Part shown: in pieces, positions 20,533 through 31,361 of the stretch
Numbering within the stretch: position 1 is the first letter of the stretch
Layout: each line of letters opens with the position of its first letter
From: an uncultured cyanobacterium
GTDB taxonomy: Bacteria; Cyanobacteriota; Cyanobacteriia; Cyanobacteriales; Nostocaceae
DNA length: 64,000 bases
Assembly (NCBI GenBank): GCA_963740315.1
Contig: CAVUDP010000002.1
Coordinates: forward strand, 160,001 to 224,000
Direction: 5' to 3'
Translations under genes and position numbers: made by a program
The notes under the pieces: generated by a model
What the model was told of the DNA's origin: nothing
The model's input: the letters and a program-made list of their open reading frames with translations, nothing else
Databases searched by the model: none

Positions 20533-22761
20533 TTACGCTCTAAAGTTATCAAACTTAATCTGAATATCGTTGAAATCGCGATCGCCACCGTTGGCTAAAT
20601 CTTCAAAAGCAAAGGTGTTGTTATCAAGCAGCTTAATGTGGTCGAAGTTACCGTTATCTGTGTTCGCGCCTAAGTATGGAAAATAAACTTCTGCTGCACC
20701 GCTGAGGGCTTGAGCTAATGTACCATCAGCGATAATCACCGGAACAATAATAGAACCTGCATCAAATTTAACTGTTCCGCTTTCTTCGTTATCGTCGGTG
20801 GTGGAAAACATGGGAGAAGCCAGATTATTTAAAGCCGCTTGCAGATAACCATCAGCGTCGGGAGCTAAACCATTCACAGTACCAGTAATATCATCGACTG
20901 CGTAGAAGTAAACCGTGTTATTAAAATCAGCTTCTCTACTAATGGTGAAATCTACCGTTACTTCACCCGTGAAATCGCGTAAGTCAATTGATTCGATGGT
21001 TGTTCCGTTAACTTCTTCAGTGGCGATTTGATTTTCTAATTTTGTTAAAACTGTCAAACTCGCAAGTATCGGATCGCGATCGCTGGCTCTTTGCGGAGTA
21101 TCGGCAAATTCTGAGTTAACGTGTACGATATCGAACTCGGCATCATCCTCTAAGTTATCGCTAACCAAAATATGGTCTAAGGATTGCGAGTTACCCTCAA
21201 AGATCGCACTGTAACGTTCACCCTCTGATACAGTTTCTGTTAAATTTGTCAAGTTCTCTGCCAAAGTTTGGACGGGAGAGACAAATTCAAACTCGTTTAA
21301 ATCACCCAAAACCACAACATTAGCGTTATCGTCTGCTGCTAAAATTCCATCAACGTAACCTTTGACTGCTTGCGCTTGTGCTTGACGTTTATCCAAACCA
21401 CCATTAACAGTGGAGTCTTCCTGTCGTGTTTCAAAGGGTTGCTCTACACCAAAAATCGGAGCGCTACCATCTTTGTCAGAAAAGTGATTGTTGACAACGG
21501 TAACTTCTTCACCATTAAAGGTAAATTTAGCAGCTAACGGTAAACGACTGTCGAAGAAAGCATTGCTCGGATCGGTTCGCTGTGCGGATGGATCGGTAAT
21601 TGCACTCAAAGAACCATCAACAAAACTTACACGATTGGGATTATAAAGAAACGCAGTGCGAATATTACCATTAAATTCACCACCGTTGGTATCATCGCCA
21701 ATAAATGTATTATCAATGAAACTGTATGTGGGACCTCCTGCTGCGGCAATTTCATCAACCAACCTTTGCAAGGTTTCATTTGCAGCAACTTCTGAAAAGT
21801 CAGTACCATCATTATCTTGAATTTCCTGCAAGCCAATGATGTCGGGAGTTTTTAAGTTAGTAACGATTTGGTTGGCGATCGCACTAAATCTTCCATCTGC
21901 TACATCTGTATCATCATCATTATCATTAGGATCTAAGTTCAGTACGTTGTAGCTAGCAACCGTCAGCTTCTTTGCACCACCCATTAAGCTTGTGGTTTCT
22001 GGTTGGATGGTTGAAGCAGTGACGGTAAACTGCTGTGTGGGATTAATTTCAAAGTTGCCAAAACTATAACCAACAACCCCCGTCACATCTCCTAGCTTTG
22101 CTCCGACATTTACATCAGGAATATCAAGAAGAGGGAAAATGTCAAAATTTGGATTAATTTGGACTCTTTCGGGGTTGAAGTCATCGGGGCTGATATTCAA
22201 AGTACCGCGATCGCTTAAACCTGTAGCGTTATCACCATTATCTACAACAGTAAAGATTTCTCCAAACTGATTAATCGGAGCAACAGCTACTGTATCTTTC
22301 GCAGTTACCAGCATTCCTTCCAAAGACTCGAAGAAGTCTATACCATCGGTGTCAGAGTCAAAACTTCCGAAAGCATCATCATCGATATTTTTGTTAGGAG
22401 GTACTCTACCACCACTACCGATTATTGTTGCTGCGGGAAGAGGATTACCGCTAGATATTACGGTTATATCCTCGCTATTAATTTGAGTTGTGGAAAGATT
22501 ACCGCTACTCTCACCATCAGGAAAGAATTCGCTAACCGTACCTGTAAGTTCTAAACTATCGCCAACTGCAACTGTTAGAGTCAGGGGACTAGAGACAAAA
22601 ATAGCCTCGGAAGTCGCATTGTTTCCATCTCCTGTAGCGTCTTGAAGATAGAAACCATCGAAATCTACAGCGGTGACAATACCTGTAGTAGTTACAGATT
22701 GACCATTAAGTGGTGAAATGTGACCGGCACCTTGAATATCCCTAATTAATACATTCGCCAT
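20533..22761 (-). CDS. Extracellular EEP-family nuclease with OB-fold N-terminus and DUF4114 C-terminus
   Basis: IRDIQG, GFYLQD, ASYNVLN, GLQEIQD, GDLN, LDHIL, SDRDP (usually SDHDP), FEDL..GGDRDFND. Confidence 0.85.
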   Translation of the reverse strand: MANVLIRDIQGAGHISPLNGQSVTTTGIVTAVDFDGFYLQDATGDGNNATSEAIFVSSPLTLTVAVGDSLELTGTVSEFFPDGESSGNLSTTQINSEDITVISSGNPLPAATIIGSGGRVPPNKNIDDDAFGSFDSDTDGIDFFESLEGMLVTAKDTVAVAPINQFGEIFTVVDNGDNATGLSDRGTLNISPDDFNPERVQINPNFDIFPLLDIPDVNVGAKLGDVTGVVGYSFGNFEINPTQQFTVTASTIQPETTSLMGGAKKLTVASYNVLNLDPNDNDDDTDVADGRFSAIANQIVTNLKTPDIIGLQEIQDNDGTDFSEVAANETLQRLVDEIAAAGGPTYSFIDNTFIGDDTNGGEFNGNIRTAFLYNPNRVSFVDGSLSAITDPSAQRTDPSNAFFDSRLPLAAKFTFNGEEVTVVNNHFSDKDGSAPIFGVEQPFETRQEDSTVNGGLDKRQAQAQAVKGYVDGILAADDNANVVVLGDLNEFEFVSPVQTLAENLTNLTETVSEGERYSAIFEGNSQSLDHILVSDNLEDDAEFDIVHVNSEFADTPQRASDRDPILASLTVLTKLENQIATEEVNGTTIESIDLRDFTGEVTVDFTISREADFNNTVYFYAVDDITGTVNGLAPDADGYLQAALNNLASPMFSTTDDNEESGTVKFDAGSIIVPVIIADGTLAQALSGAAEVYFPYLGANTDNGNFDHIKLLDNNTFAFEDLANGGDRDFNDIQIKFDNFRA

Positions 22762-23560
22762 TGATAGAATTCTCCTAGTTAATAGTTATATAAAACGATG
22801 AGTGAGCGTAAGCTCTTACCCGTAGCGTCTCCGTGTGTCTGACGACAATTTAAATATTATTTTGTATTTATTATTTTATTGACCTCAGTAATTTTATTAG
22901 TATACTTATAAACATAAGCTAAGTCTATCGTAACTATTCAAGATCGCCATAGGATAGTAAATAGTTTCTTTTAACAAAAAATGAATTCACAATTAACTTT
23001 TGGTGAAAACGTGCTTTTTTTATAGTGATTTTGCATTTATTCAAAAGCTATATCGCATTAATTGTTTAATTAATAAAAAACATTAAACAAACGAGGTAAT
23101 TATGAAAAACTATATAACTTTTTAGCTATTTTTTTTTTACATATTTATATATTTATTCGCGAATAAGTATTGTGTGGTCTAATATCTTAATTTTGTTTAT
23201 ATCTTATCTGCCTTATCTTAAAATAATAGTAAAGTTTTTGTTAAACAGGCTTTAAGAGTAATTTTAACTCCGCTAAAGTGCGCGTTTGCATAGTGTAGAC
23301 GTAAGACAAAATACAAATCTAAGGAATTTGTATCGCTAATATAAAATTATGCTATAACCTAGAATTTACTTATTAACATAGCTGACAAAACTTTGTCAAC
23401 ACCTAATAGTTGTTTACCTAGTTTAATTAATTGTATGTGACTATATTTGTCCGCCAATCATGGGAATGAAACGTAAAAATAAAAATTATATTTTTTGTTT
23501 TCAGATAATAAAATACTCTGCTAAAGTTAAATCCTGACAATATTTTTTTAAATAAACAAA

Positions 23561-24835
23561 ATGACAGATACAGCAAAAAAATCTGCTAAAAAATCCTCGC
23601 AACGCTTTTTCAAAAAGCTGAATCTGAAAAAAATTATCGGAGCCAGTGTAATAGCCTTGGGTTTAGCCGTTGGCACAGCAACAGTTGTCCCCATGTACGT
23701 TAATGCTTCCGACCATGATGACGGTGAAGTGGATACAAAAGGTCGCAACCGTAATCTCACTGATTTATTTGTGTTCCGGGAACAAGACCAAAACCCCAGT
23801 GCGAATGCAGATGACTTGGTATTTATCATGAATACCAATCCGCGATCGGTTGCTCGTCAGCAGTATTATTTCAGCAACAACGCGCTTTATGAATTTAAAA
23901 TTACCCGCGTTGCCGATAAAGAGGCAACCCCGACGGGTAAAGAAGATGTAACTTTGCAGTTTCAATTTGGAAAACCCGACAGCCAAGGGAAACAAACATT
24001 TAAATTGACTGCGATCGCTGACGGTACAAAAATTGGTGCAGATGAAGGTACGACTACTCCTTTAAGTTCGGAGAATGACCCAACTATCAACGAACTAAAT
24101 GTAGGAAGCTCGAACGTCAAGGTATTTGCAGGATTGCGGGAAGATCCATTTTTCTTCGATGTGGAACAGTTTTTCCGAGTTCGTGCAGGAGCTTTAAATA
24201 TAGGACCAGCAGTTGGTTTTCGTCCAGAGGATGAAGCCGTTGACTTTGCTGCTGGATATAACGTTAATACCATCGTTGTCAGAGTACCCCGCTCTTTATT
24301 GCAAGGATCTACTTCCAACACAACCTTCGACGTGTGGGAAACCATCTCCGTCCGCAACCCCGACTTTCGATCGCAACGCGGTGGTAATAGATTCCAACAG
24401 TTTGAACGTTTGGCACGACCTGCTGTTAACGAAGGCTTAATTGTTACCAACGATTTTCTGAATGCCTTTAATAGTATTCCTCCTAGTGCTGACTTAAGTG
24501 ATGCTGCTGCACCCGTGGGAGCGGAAGCAAAAGCTACCCTCTTAGCTCTGGGCAATGACGAAGCACGGGCTAACGAATTACTAGGTGCATTCCTTCCCGA
24601 CGTGATGCGAATTGATACCACTCAACCAAGCGGTTACGGTTTAGCCCTCAACGATAAAGGCAGCCCGATCACCGGACGTTTAATCAAAGACGATGTAATT
24701 GATGTAACTTTAAGTGTACTTACAAACGGTGCAATAACCTCTGATAACGTTTCCTACGAAGGCACTCCCGGTAATCCTTCTCAGGGACATAAGCCGTTAG
24801 AACCACAATTTCCTTACTTAGCGCTACCGAATTAA
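23561..24835 (+). CDS. DUF4331 family secreted protein
   Basis: Signal peptide then ASDHDDG, LTDLFVF, G.REDPFFFD, GR...DDVID, FPYLA.P. Confidence 0.85.
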   Translation: MTDTAKKSAKKSSQRFFKKLNLKKIIGASVIALGLAVGTATVVPMYVNASDHDDGEVDTKGRNRNLTDLFVFREQDQNPSANADDLVFIMNTNPRSVARQQYYFSNNALYEFKITRVADKEATPTGKEDVTLQFQFGKPDSQGKQTFKLTAIADGTKIGADEGTTTPLSSENDPTINELNVGSSNVKVFAGLREDPFFFDVEQFFRVRAGALNIGPAVGFRPEDEAVDFAAGYNVNTIVVRVPRSLLQGSTSNTTFDVWETISVRNPDFRSQRGGNRFQQFERLARPAVNEGLIVTNDFLNAFNSIPPSADLSDAAAPVGAEAKATLLALGNDEARANELLGAFLPDVMRIDTTQPSGYGLALNDKGSPITGRLIKDDVIDVTLSVLTNGAITSDNVSYEGTPGNPSQGHKPLEPQFPYLALPN

Positions 24836-24889
24836 AGGTACAGAAGAAAACTAGTTCTTTACCACATAAGTTTTGATGGGTGTGTATCC

Positions 24890-25078
24890 AATCCGCCAGG
24901 GACTGCAAGTCCCTGTCTCATAGCAAAAGTCCTCTAAAGAGGACTAAGGTAATACCCCGCATTATTAATGTGGCAGAGTACTAGTAGTCCTTTTCCAGCC
25001 GTTTTAATGGCTTTTATTTCAGTCCTATTTATAGGACTTAAGCTATTAGACGGGGACTTGCAGTCCCCGGCGGGCTTA
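24890..25078. mobile_element. MITE/REPIN-like element of about 190 bp
   Basis: ccgccagggactgcaagtccctgtctcatagc is the near-perfect reverse complement of gctattagacggggacttgcagtccccggcgg. Confidence 0.7.
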
Positions 25079-25127
25079 ACAAATGCTTTTCTCTGTCTGC
25101 TTCAAAAAAGAACAGGAAATAACGGCA

Positions 25128-26516
25128 ATGACAAAAGCGATTTACAAGCACAAATTCAAGCCTAAATGGCTGTTACTTCTAGCAATTCCCATCGCAATTA
25201 TCCCGATATCATACTTTAATTCCCAATCTGACCGACTTCCAACAGCTTATCGTTACTCTCTTTCTCGCTCTTTACCAGGTACTATTAACAATCGTCGAGC
25301 TACTGTTCTTCAGGAAATCAACTTTTACCAAGAAAAAGTCCGCCAAAATCCGCAAAGTGGCTTAAATTTAGCTTCTTTAGCTCAAGCATATTTCCAAATG
25401 GCAAAGGCAACTGGTGAAAGTAGCTGGTATTTACTTGCAGAACAAGCAGCTGAACGCTCCCTCTCTAATTTACCTTTCAATAACCAAGGTGCTGCGATCG
25501 TTTTGGCTCGTGTTGCTCAAGCTAGACATGATTTTACCCAAGCTATAGGGTTATCCCAAGAAGTATTAAAAACTCAACCCCGCAATCAAGGTGCCCTCGC
25601 TGTCTTAGCCACATCTAAGTTAGCAATAGGTAAATTACGAGAGGCAAAAACCGCTGCCGATACTTTAGTAAACAAAGATCCCAGCCAAGGAAACTTAACT
25701 TTACAAGCTTTGGTACTAACAGCACAAGGTCAAGAACAAGCAGCAATTGATAATTTTAAATCTGCCCTATCTATGGAAGAAGCCGGAGAAACAGGTACTT
25801 CCGCATATACGCGGGTATTACTAGGTCAGTTTTACTACAAACACGGACAAATAGAACTAGCAGAAGGCTTGTATAAAGAAGCCCTGCGAATTATCCCCAG
25901 GTATCCTTTAGCTTTACTGCATCTGGCAGAATTGAAAACCAGACAGGAAGACTACAAAGCCGCAGAAAGTTTTTACGCTCAAGTTTTACGCAACTCCCAG
26001 AAATCATCCACAACTTACGATCATGCTGTTTTTCGGGGTAAAGCCAGACTCAAACAATTGCAGGGCGAAAAAAAACAAGCAGTCAAATTATTAACTGAAG
26101 CTGAAACCTTGCTCAGACAGGAAAATGCGACAGGACATGGTAACGGTTCCTTTGGACATCAGCGAGAGTTAGCGCGGTTGTTATTAGAAAAGAATCGCCC
26201 TCAAGATACCGCTGAAGCTTTATCCTTGATGCAAACAGAAGTCAAAATTCGTCGGGATGCTCAAACTTTAGATACTTTTGCTTGGGCTTTATCTGAAGAA
26301 GGACGCATTAAAGAAGCTCAACAAATTATCCAAGAAGCCTTGCAATTGGGTACAAAAGATGCTGCCATATTTTATCGTGCAGCCACGATTGAAAAAGCAT
26401 TGGGAAACGATCGCCAAGCTTTGATTTACCAAAAATTATCTCAACAAATCGATCCCACTTTTGACGAACAAGCGCGACGGACATCGGGATTGGGATTAGA
26501 AAATTTTGAATTTTAG
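25128..26516 (+). CDS. Tetratricopeptide-repeat protein, N-terminally anchored
   Basis: Hydrophobic N-terminus followed by multiple TPR-like helix pairs; ATG at 25128. Confidence 0.85.
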   Translation: MTKAIYKHKFKPKWLLLLAIPIAIIPISYFNSQSDRLPTAYRYSLSRSLPGTINNRRATVLQEINFYQEKVRQNPQSGLNLASLAQAYFQMAKATGESSWYLLAEQAAERSLSNLPFNNQGAAIVLARVAQARHDFTQAIGLSQEVLKTQPRNQGALAVLATSKLAIGKLREAKTAADTLVNKDPSQGNLTLQALVLTAQGQEQAAIDNFKSALSMEEAGETGTSAYTRVLLGQFYYKHGQIELAEGLYKEALRIIPRYPLALLHLAELKTRQEDYKAAESFYAQVLRNSQKSSTTYDHAVFRGKARLKQLQGEKKQAVKLLTEAETLLRQENATGHGNGSFGHQRELARLLLEKNRPQDTAEALSLMQTEVKIRRDAQTLDTFAWALSEEGRIKEAQQIIQEALQLGTKDAAIFYRAATIEKALGNDRQALIYQKLSQQIDPTFDEQARRTSGLGLENFEF

Positions 26517-26532
26517 CCGAACCCTTAAAAAT

Positions 26533-27873
26533 ATGAAAAACCACTGGCGTAAAATTAGTATCATTTCCTTTTTTCTATCGCTGCTGCTATCAATTAGCTT
26601 TAGCACCCCTAGTCTTGCACATTGGGCAGATTTGTCAGTTGCAGAAGTTATGGTAGGCGAAAAAGACACGGCAATTACACTGACTTTTCCTACTGGATTA
26701 GTAGCTTTTAGCGATGATAATCGGGATGGGCAACTTTCCCGTGCAGAAACTACAACCCATAAAACACAACTCGAACAATTTTTAGGCGATCGCATTGTTT
26801 TATCCAACGAGCAAGGTAAAAAAGCTGCTATGGCGATCGCACCTGTGGGAACAAACAATTTGCAACCAATGAAAGTTAATGCTAGTACCCACAGTACTTT
26901 GCAGCTAAATTACTCTTGGCTACAACCTGTAAAAAACCAGAAAATGCATTACGATTTGTTTCTGGCTGAAGCACCTGCGGCTCATTGTCTGGCAACAATT
27001 TTTCATAAAGGAAAAGTCCAAAACTTTATTTTTAACCGTCAAAACCGGGATTTTTGGTTAATTTCTGGCGCAGTCGGGCTTGGGGGTAGTCTAATCGTTG
27101 CGCTCATAGGTGCTTTTTTCTGGGGTGCAATGCACGCGATGTCACCCGGACATGGTAAAACCATAGTTGGTGCTTATCTGATGGGTTCAAAAGTCACTGC
27201 TCAACACGCTTTGTTTTTGGGACTAACAACCACTCTCACCCATACTATCGGCGTATTTATCTTGGGATTGGCGACTCTATTTGCTTCGCAATTTATCCTA
27301 CCAGAACGGGTATTACCTTGGTTAAGCATTTTATCTGGTTTCATGGTATTGGTAATCGGTTTAAATCTATTTATTAGCCGTTTGCGGAATCAAAAACACC
27401 ACCACCATCACGAACACGATCGCGAACACCATCACGAACATCATCACGATCGCGAACACCATCACGAACATCATCACGATCGCGATCATCACCATCACCA
27501 CCACGACGATAATCACCACCATCACTTACCCTCAGACACCCCCGTAACTTGGCGAAACTTACTCGCGTTAGGTATTTCAGGTGGACTTGTACCTTGTCCT
27601 TCAGCTTTAGTATTATTATTAAGTGCGATCGCGATCGGACGTGTGGGTTTTGGACTAAGCTTGGTTGTAGCATTTAGTTTGGGACTCGCATTCGTACTAA
27701 CAGCATTGGGATTATTGCTAATCTACGCCAAACAGCGGTTTGAGAAACTACAGTTACCAAAACCACAGCGACTACTTAGAATTTTGCCCGCTCTGAGTGC
27801 ATTTATAATCTCGCTGATTGGTTTGGGAATCACCACCCAAGCATTAATAGAAGTCGGTTTAGTACGGTTATAA
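26533..27873 (+). CDS. Ni/Co transporter (RcnA/HoxN-like) with extracytoplasmic N-domain and His-rich loop
   Basis: GAMHAMSPGHGK, THT, GLVPCPSA motifs; poly-His loop. Confidence 0.85.
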   Translation: MKNHWRKISIISFFLSLLLSISFSTPSLAHWADLSVAEVMVGEKDTAITLTFPTGLVAFSDDNRDGQLSRAETTTHKTQLEQFLGDRIVLSNEQGKKAAMAIAPVGTNNLQPMKVNASTHSTLQLNYSWLQPVKNQKMHYDLFLAEAPAAHCLATIFHKGKVQNFIFNRQNRDFWLISGAVGLGGSLIVALIGAFFWGAMHAMSPGHGKTIVGAYLMGSKVTAQHALFLGLTTTLTHTIGVFILGLATLFASQFILPERVLPWLSILSGFMVLVIGLNLFISRLRNQKHHHHHEHDREHHHEHHHDREHHHEHHHDRDHHHHHHDDNHHHHLPSDTPVTWRNLLALGISGGLVPCPSALVLLLSAIAIGRVGFGLSLVVAFSLGLAFVLTALGLLLIYAKQRFEKLQLPKPQRLLRILPALSAFIISLIGLGITTQALIEVGLVRL

Positions 27874-27900
27874 ATTGATTAAATAATTTTAAGACAATAA

Positions 27901-27947
27901 ATGAACAATCTGCCATTTTATATTTTATAGATGACAAATTGTTCATT
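27901..27947. terminator. Hairpin between convergent genes, probable terminator
   Basis: atgaacaat...attgttcat inverted repeat. Confidence 0.5.
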
Positions 27948-28071
27948 GGATGTTATTTAACAACGCATTTAATTTGCATTTTACTGCGGCTCATGCCCGA
28001 AGTCGCTACAACAAGGGAAATACCCGCAACGCGCTTATCTTTGCACTACAAAAGTTTTAGCTTAAAACAAA

Positions 28072-29052
28072 TCAACCAAGCATAAGTTGATTTGTAATCT
28101 CAAAATCTCCCACTTCGAGTTCGCTTGCTTCAACTCCGATGAGAGAAGCTAACTGTTCGCCAGTGCTAGTAATTGCGATCGTACTACCACTACCCGAACT
28201 AGTAATTTCAAGTTGGTCAAATTCAAAAGTTTCGATAAATTGAGTTAAAACCAAGGAATCTTCACCTTTTACAAAGTCAAGGATAGTGTCAGTTCCTTCT
28301 TCGGGTGAGATCACAAAGCGATCGCTTCCTTCACCACCAGTTAAGATATCGGTACCCAAACCACCGGCGAGCAAATCATCACCTTCACCACCGTTGAGGA
28401 TATCATTACCTGCGTCACCAAACAGGTTATCAGCGTCTTCACCACCATTAAGAATATCGTCGCCTTCACCACCATTGAGGAGATCCTCACCTTCTTCACC
28501 GTTGAGGATATCCGAGCCAAATACGCCGTTAAGTTGGTCGTCGCCTGAGCCACCATTGAGGTTATCGTTACCCTCACCACCGTTGAGGATATCTTCTCCG
28601 CCGTCACCGTTGAGAACGTCATTACCAGCTTCGCCTAAAAGCTCATCATTTCCATTACCGCCATTTAGATTGTCGTTACCGTCACCGCCAAAGCCAGATC
28701 CACCGAGAAGGAAATCGTCACCATCACCGCCATTAAGGACATCGTTGCCAATACCACCGTCGAGGAAATTGTCACCTTCGTCACCTTCAAGCAAGTCGTT
28801 AGTCAGACCACCTATAAGATTATTGCTATCTTCATTACCTTCGCTGAGACTATCGCCGACATTATCCATTTGATTGTCGTCGCTATTAACAGTATCTCCC
28901 GCGTTAGCCATGAGTTCGTCGGTGGTTTCTGTGCTTTCGCTATTGCCGACATTATCCATTTGATTGTCTATAGTCTGTTGATAATCGTCTAAGGCATCGT
29001 TAAAATTCCTGATATAAGCGACGAAATCATTCCACAAATCCATGAAATCCAT
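28072..29052 (-). CDS. RTX-type calcium-binding repeat protein
   Basis: Many GGxGxDxLx nonapeptides; DTILDF..GED C-terminus. Confidence 0.9.
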   Translation of the reverse strand: MDFMDLWNDFVAYIRNFNDALDDYQQTIDNQMDNVGNSESTETTDELMANAGDTVNSDDNQMDNVGDSLSEGNEDSNNLIGGLTNDLLEGDEGDNFLDGGIGNDVLNGGDGDDFLLGGSGFGGDGNDNLNGGNGNDELLGEAGNDVLNGDGGEDILNGGEGNDNLNGGSGDDQLNGVFGSDILNGEEGEDLLNGGEGDDILNGGEDADNLFGDAGNDILNGGEGDDLLAGGLGTDILTGGEGSDRFVISPEEGTDTILDFVKGEDSLVLTQFIETFEFDQLEITSSGSGSTIAITSTGEQLASLIGVEASELEVGDFEITNQLMLG

Positions 29053-29243
29053 AATTGTATCCTTACAAAATTAATGCAATAGCCGCACGCGACTCCCTAT
29101 AGGAGTATCGTTAAGATCGAAAAACAGGGGAATAAAATTCCATAACCCACATAAAAGCGCGTTAATTGAAAGATTATCCCGACTTGAAACATCGAAAAGA
29201 TTTAAAAATTAACCAAGCCTAGCTCTATGCCTACTTAGTTGAG

Positions 29244-30656
29244 CTACTTTCTGCCACGACCCCAAACAGCGAAGGTAATACCGGGATCTTGGATATTGAA
29301 AAACATTGTCTGACCGTCTGGGGAGAAAGTTACACCAGCAAGCTCATTATTGTTTATGTTGTTCTGAATAAATTCGTAGAGCAACCCGTCGGGAGTAATA
29401 CCAATGAGCCGGTCAGTTCCCGAGCCATCTTCGCAAGTAAATAAATCGCCGAAAGGAGACACCGTAATGTTATCGGGCGCATCTAACAGTTCTTGGTCGT
29501 TGGGTTCAACGAAAAGTTCGATATTGCCGCCAGTTGCATCGTTTACGTCAGGCACGTAACGCCAAATCTGACCGAGTTTTTTTTCACCACCATTCGTACA
29601 GCAGAAAAATACTTCCCCATTTACAGGATCGAAAGTCATTCCTTCTCCACGAGTAAATATTGCTGCTCCTTTGTCGGCGGCTTGTTCGCGAAGATCGTCT
29701 TCGGGAGATTCTACATCCTCAAGCGGAATCCATACCACGGCAAATGGAGTGTTTAGCGGAAAACCAACAGCGGTTTCAATTCCCGGTTTTCCTTGAATTC
29801 CCAAAGCTTCTAAAGAACCACCAGCGAGTAAATTTCCAGGTTCGTTAGGAACATAACGGTAAAAGACGCTATTGCCTCTATCTTCAGTCTGATAAACGAT
29901 ACCTGTTCTAGAATCAACGGCGATCGCTTCGTGGTTAAAACGACCCATCGCTTTGATTGGTTCGGCTTTAACTAAACCTTTTTTGGGGTCTACTTCAAAG
30001 TTGTAACCGTGTTCTACAGAAACTACATCTTGGTCGGGAAGCCTGACGCTATTCGCACCATCGGTATCATCTCCTGATACAGCTTCAGGCTCTACATCCC
30101 CTGGCTTAGAGGTATTTTCTTCGCAAGTAATATAGGTATTCCAAGGAGTTGGTCCGCCAGAACAGTTACGATAGGTACCACCCAAAGAAACCATATCTTT
30201 GATAAGTCGGCGATCGCGTCCGATAACTAGGGTTGTAGTACCGCCGTTAGCAAAAGGATCGTAAGCATATCCTGGTGGTACGATCGCAGGAAATTCATCT
30301 TCATTAGGACTAAGTTCGTGGTTGCGGACTAAATAAACAAGTCCTCCTGGTCCTGGAAAAGCTTCCATCCCGTCGTGATCGCCGGGAACCAGATTGCCGT
30401 CAGTCATTGGCTGACCTTTAATCGAAAAGGCAGTGTATTGAAATTCTGGGGGAAGCGCAATCAAAGGCTTCTGATATTCCCCTGGCAATTCTCTGACGTT
30501 CTGCGGTAATTGAGGTTGCAGCGAACCATAACCTTCTGCTTTAAGCGATTGTCCGCGAGCAGCTCTGGCATAAAAAGCTTCTAAAGGTGACAGCAGAGCC
30601 GTCCCAGCAGCACTGGTAGCTGCCAAGGTAAAAAATTTCCGTCGTGATAAATGCAT
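29244..30656 (-). CDS. phoX: PhoX-family alkaline phosphatase (Tat-exported)
   Basis: SRRKFF Tat motif; RNHE, NCSGG.TPW...TCEE, GRFNHEA, RGEG, PDN, ELAG, NIQ.PG. Confidence 0.9.
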   Translation of the reverse strand: MHLSRRKFFTLAATSAAGTALLSPLEAFYARAARGQSLKAEGYGSLQPQLPQNVRELPGEYQKPLIALPPEFQYTAFSIKGQPMTDGNLVPGDHDGMEAFPGPGGLVYLVRNHELSPNEDEFPAIVPPGYAYDPFANGGTTTLVIGRDRRLIKDMVSLGGTYRNCSGGPTPWNTYITCEENTSKPGDVEPEAVSGDDTDGANSVRLPDQDVVSVEHGYNFEVDPKKGLVKAEPIKAMGRFNHEAIAVDSRTGIVYQTEDRGNSVFYRYVPNEPGNLLAGGSLEALGIQGKPGIETAVGFPLNTPFAVVWIPLEDVESPEDDLREQAADKGAAIFTRGEGMTFDPVNGEVFFCCTNGGEKKLGQIWRYVPDVNDATGGNIELFVEPNDQELLDAPDNITVSPFGDLFTCEDGSGTDRLIGITPDGLLYEFIQNNINNNELAGVTFSPDGQTMFFNIQDPGITFAVWGRGRK

Positions 30657-31082
30657 AATTCTTCCCCGATTCCGTACAGGACTTCACGTAGTTCTTTAGT
30701 TGTCAAAACTATTAATTTAACTGGAACTTAATCTTCTCTAAAACAAAATGTATTTGTTTGATCTGTTTATCAGATTACTACTAAATCAATTTTTTATTCA
30801 ACTTATTTTGTATTTTCATTTAAGTCTAATTTTACTCATACAGCTAAATTTAACTTTTGTAAAAAAATAATTTATTTGAATTTTTGAAAGCCATATTTTC
30901 TCGCGCTTAATAATGTTTTCTTAACTTCAAATACTTCTTTTCTTAACCTATATCTATTGTTTTGTTAACTTTTCGCTTATTTGATTTTAGTAAACTGCTG
31001 ACGACTGTTTTACGATTGACTGTATTGTGAAACTTTTAACAACTGCTTGTCTCGATCGCAAACAAAGATTGTATCGATATTA

Positions 31083-31112
31083 TTTAATCTTACGTTAACC
31101 TTTGCTAAACAA
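31083..31112 (+). promoter_or_regulatory. Putative Pho box (SphR/PhoB site)
   Basis: TTTAATCT-tac-GTTAACCT-ttg-CTAAACAA: three 8-mers at 11-bp period resembling YTTAAYYW (third is degenerate). Confidence 0.6.
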
Positions 31113-31361
31113 ATAATTAAACTTAAATTGATAGTCTTTAAAACAACAAAGTTATAAATGCAACATTATTATTTGGGGCTTATATAGCAATATCCCTTAA
31201 TTATTTTTTGTTTTGAAAAGATAAATAAATCGAGTTGAAAATAATCGTAGCGATCGAACAATAGACAACGCCGGAAAAAGCTTAAGGAAGAAAATTGTGC
31301 TTTGTTTCATGTTTGTATTTATTTCTACCGGCTACTTCTTGATTGGGAGCGAGTTTTGACA

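Noticed and set aside
24968..25165. 65-aa ORF between DUF4331 and TPR genes
   Set aside because: Lies mostly within the MITE-like element and overlaps the TPR start
28286..28873. Ser/Pro-rich 195-aa ORF
   Set aside because: Antisense shadow of the RTX repeats
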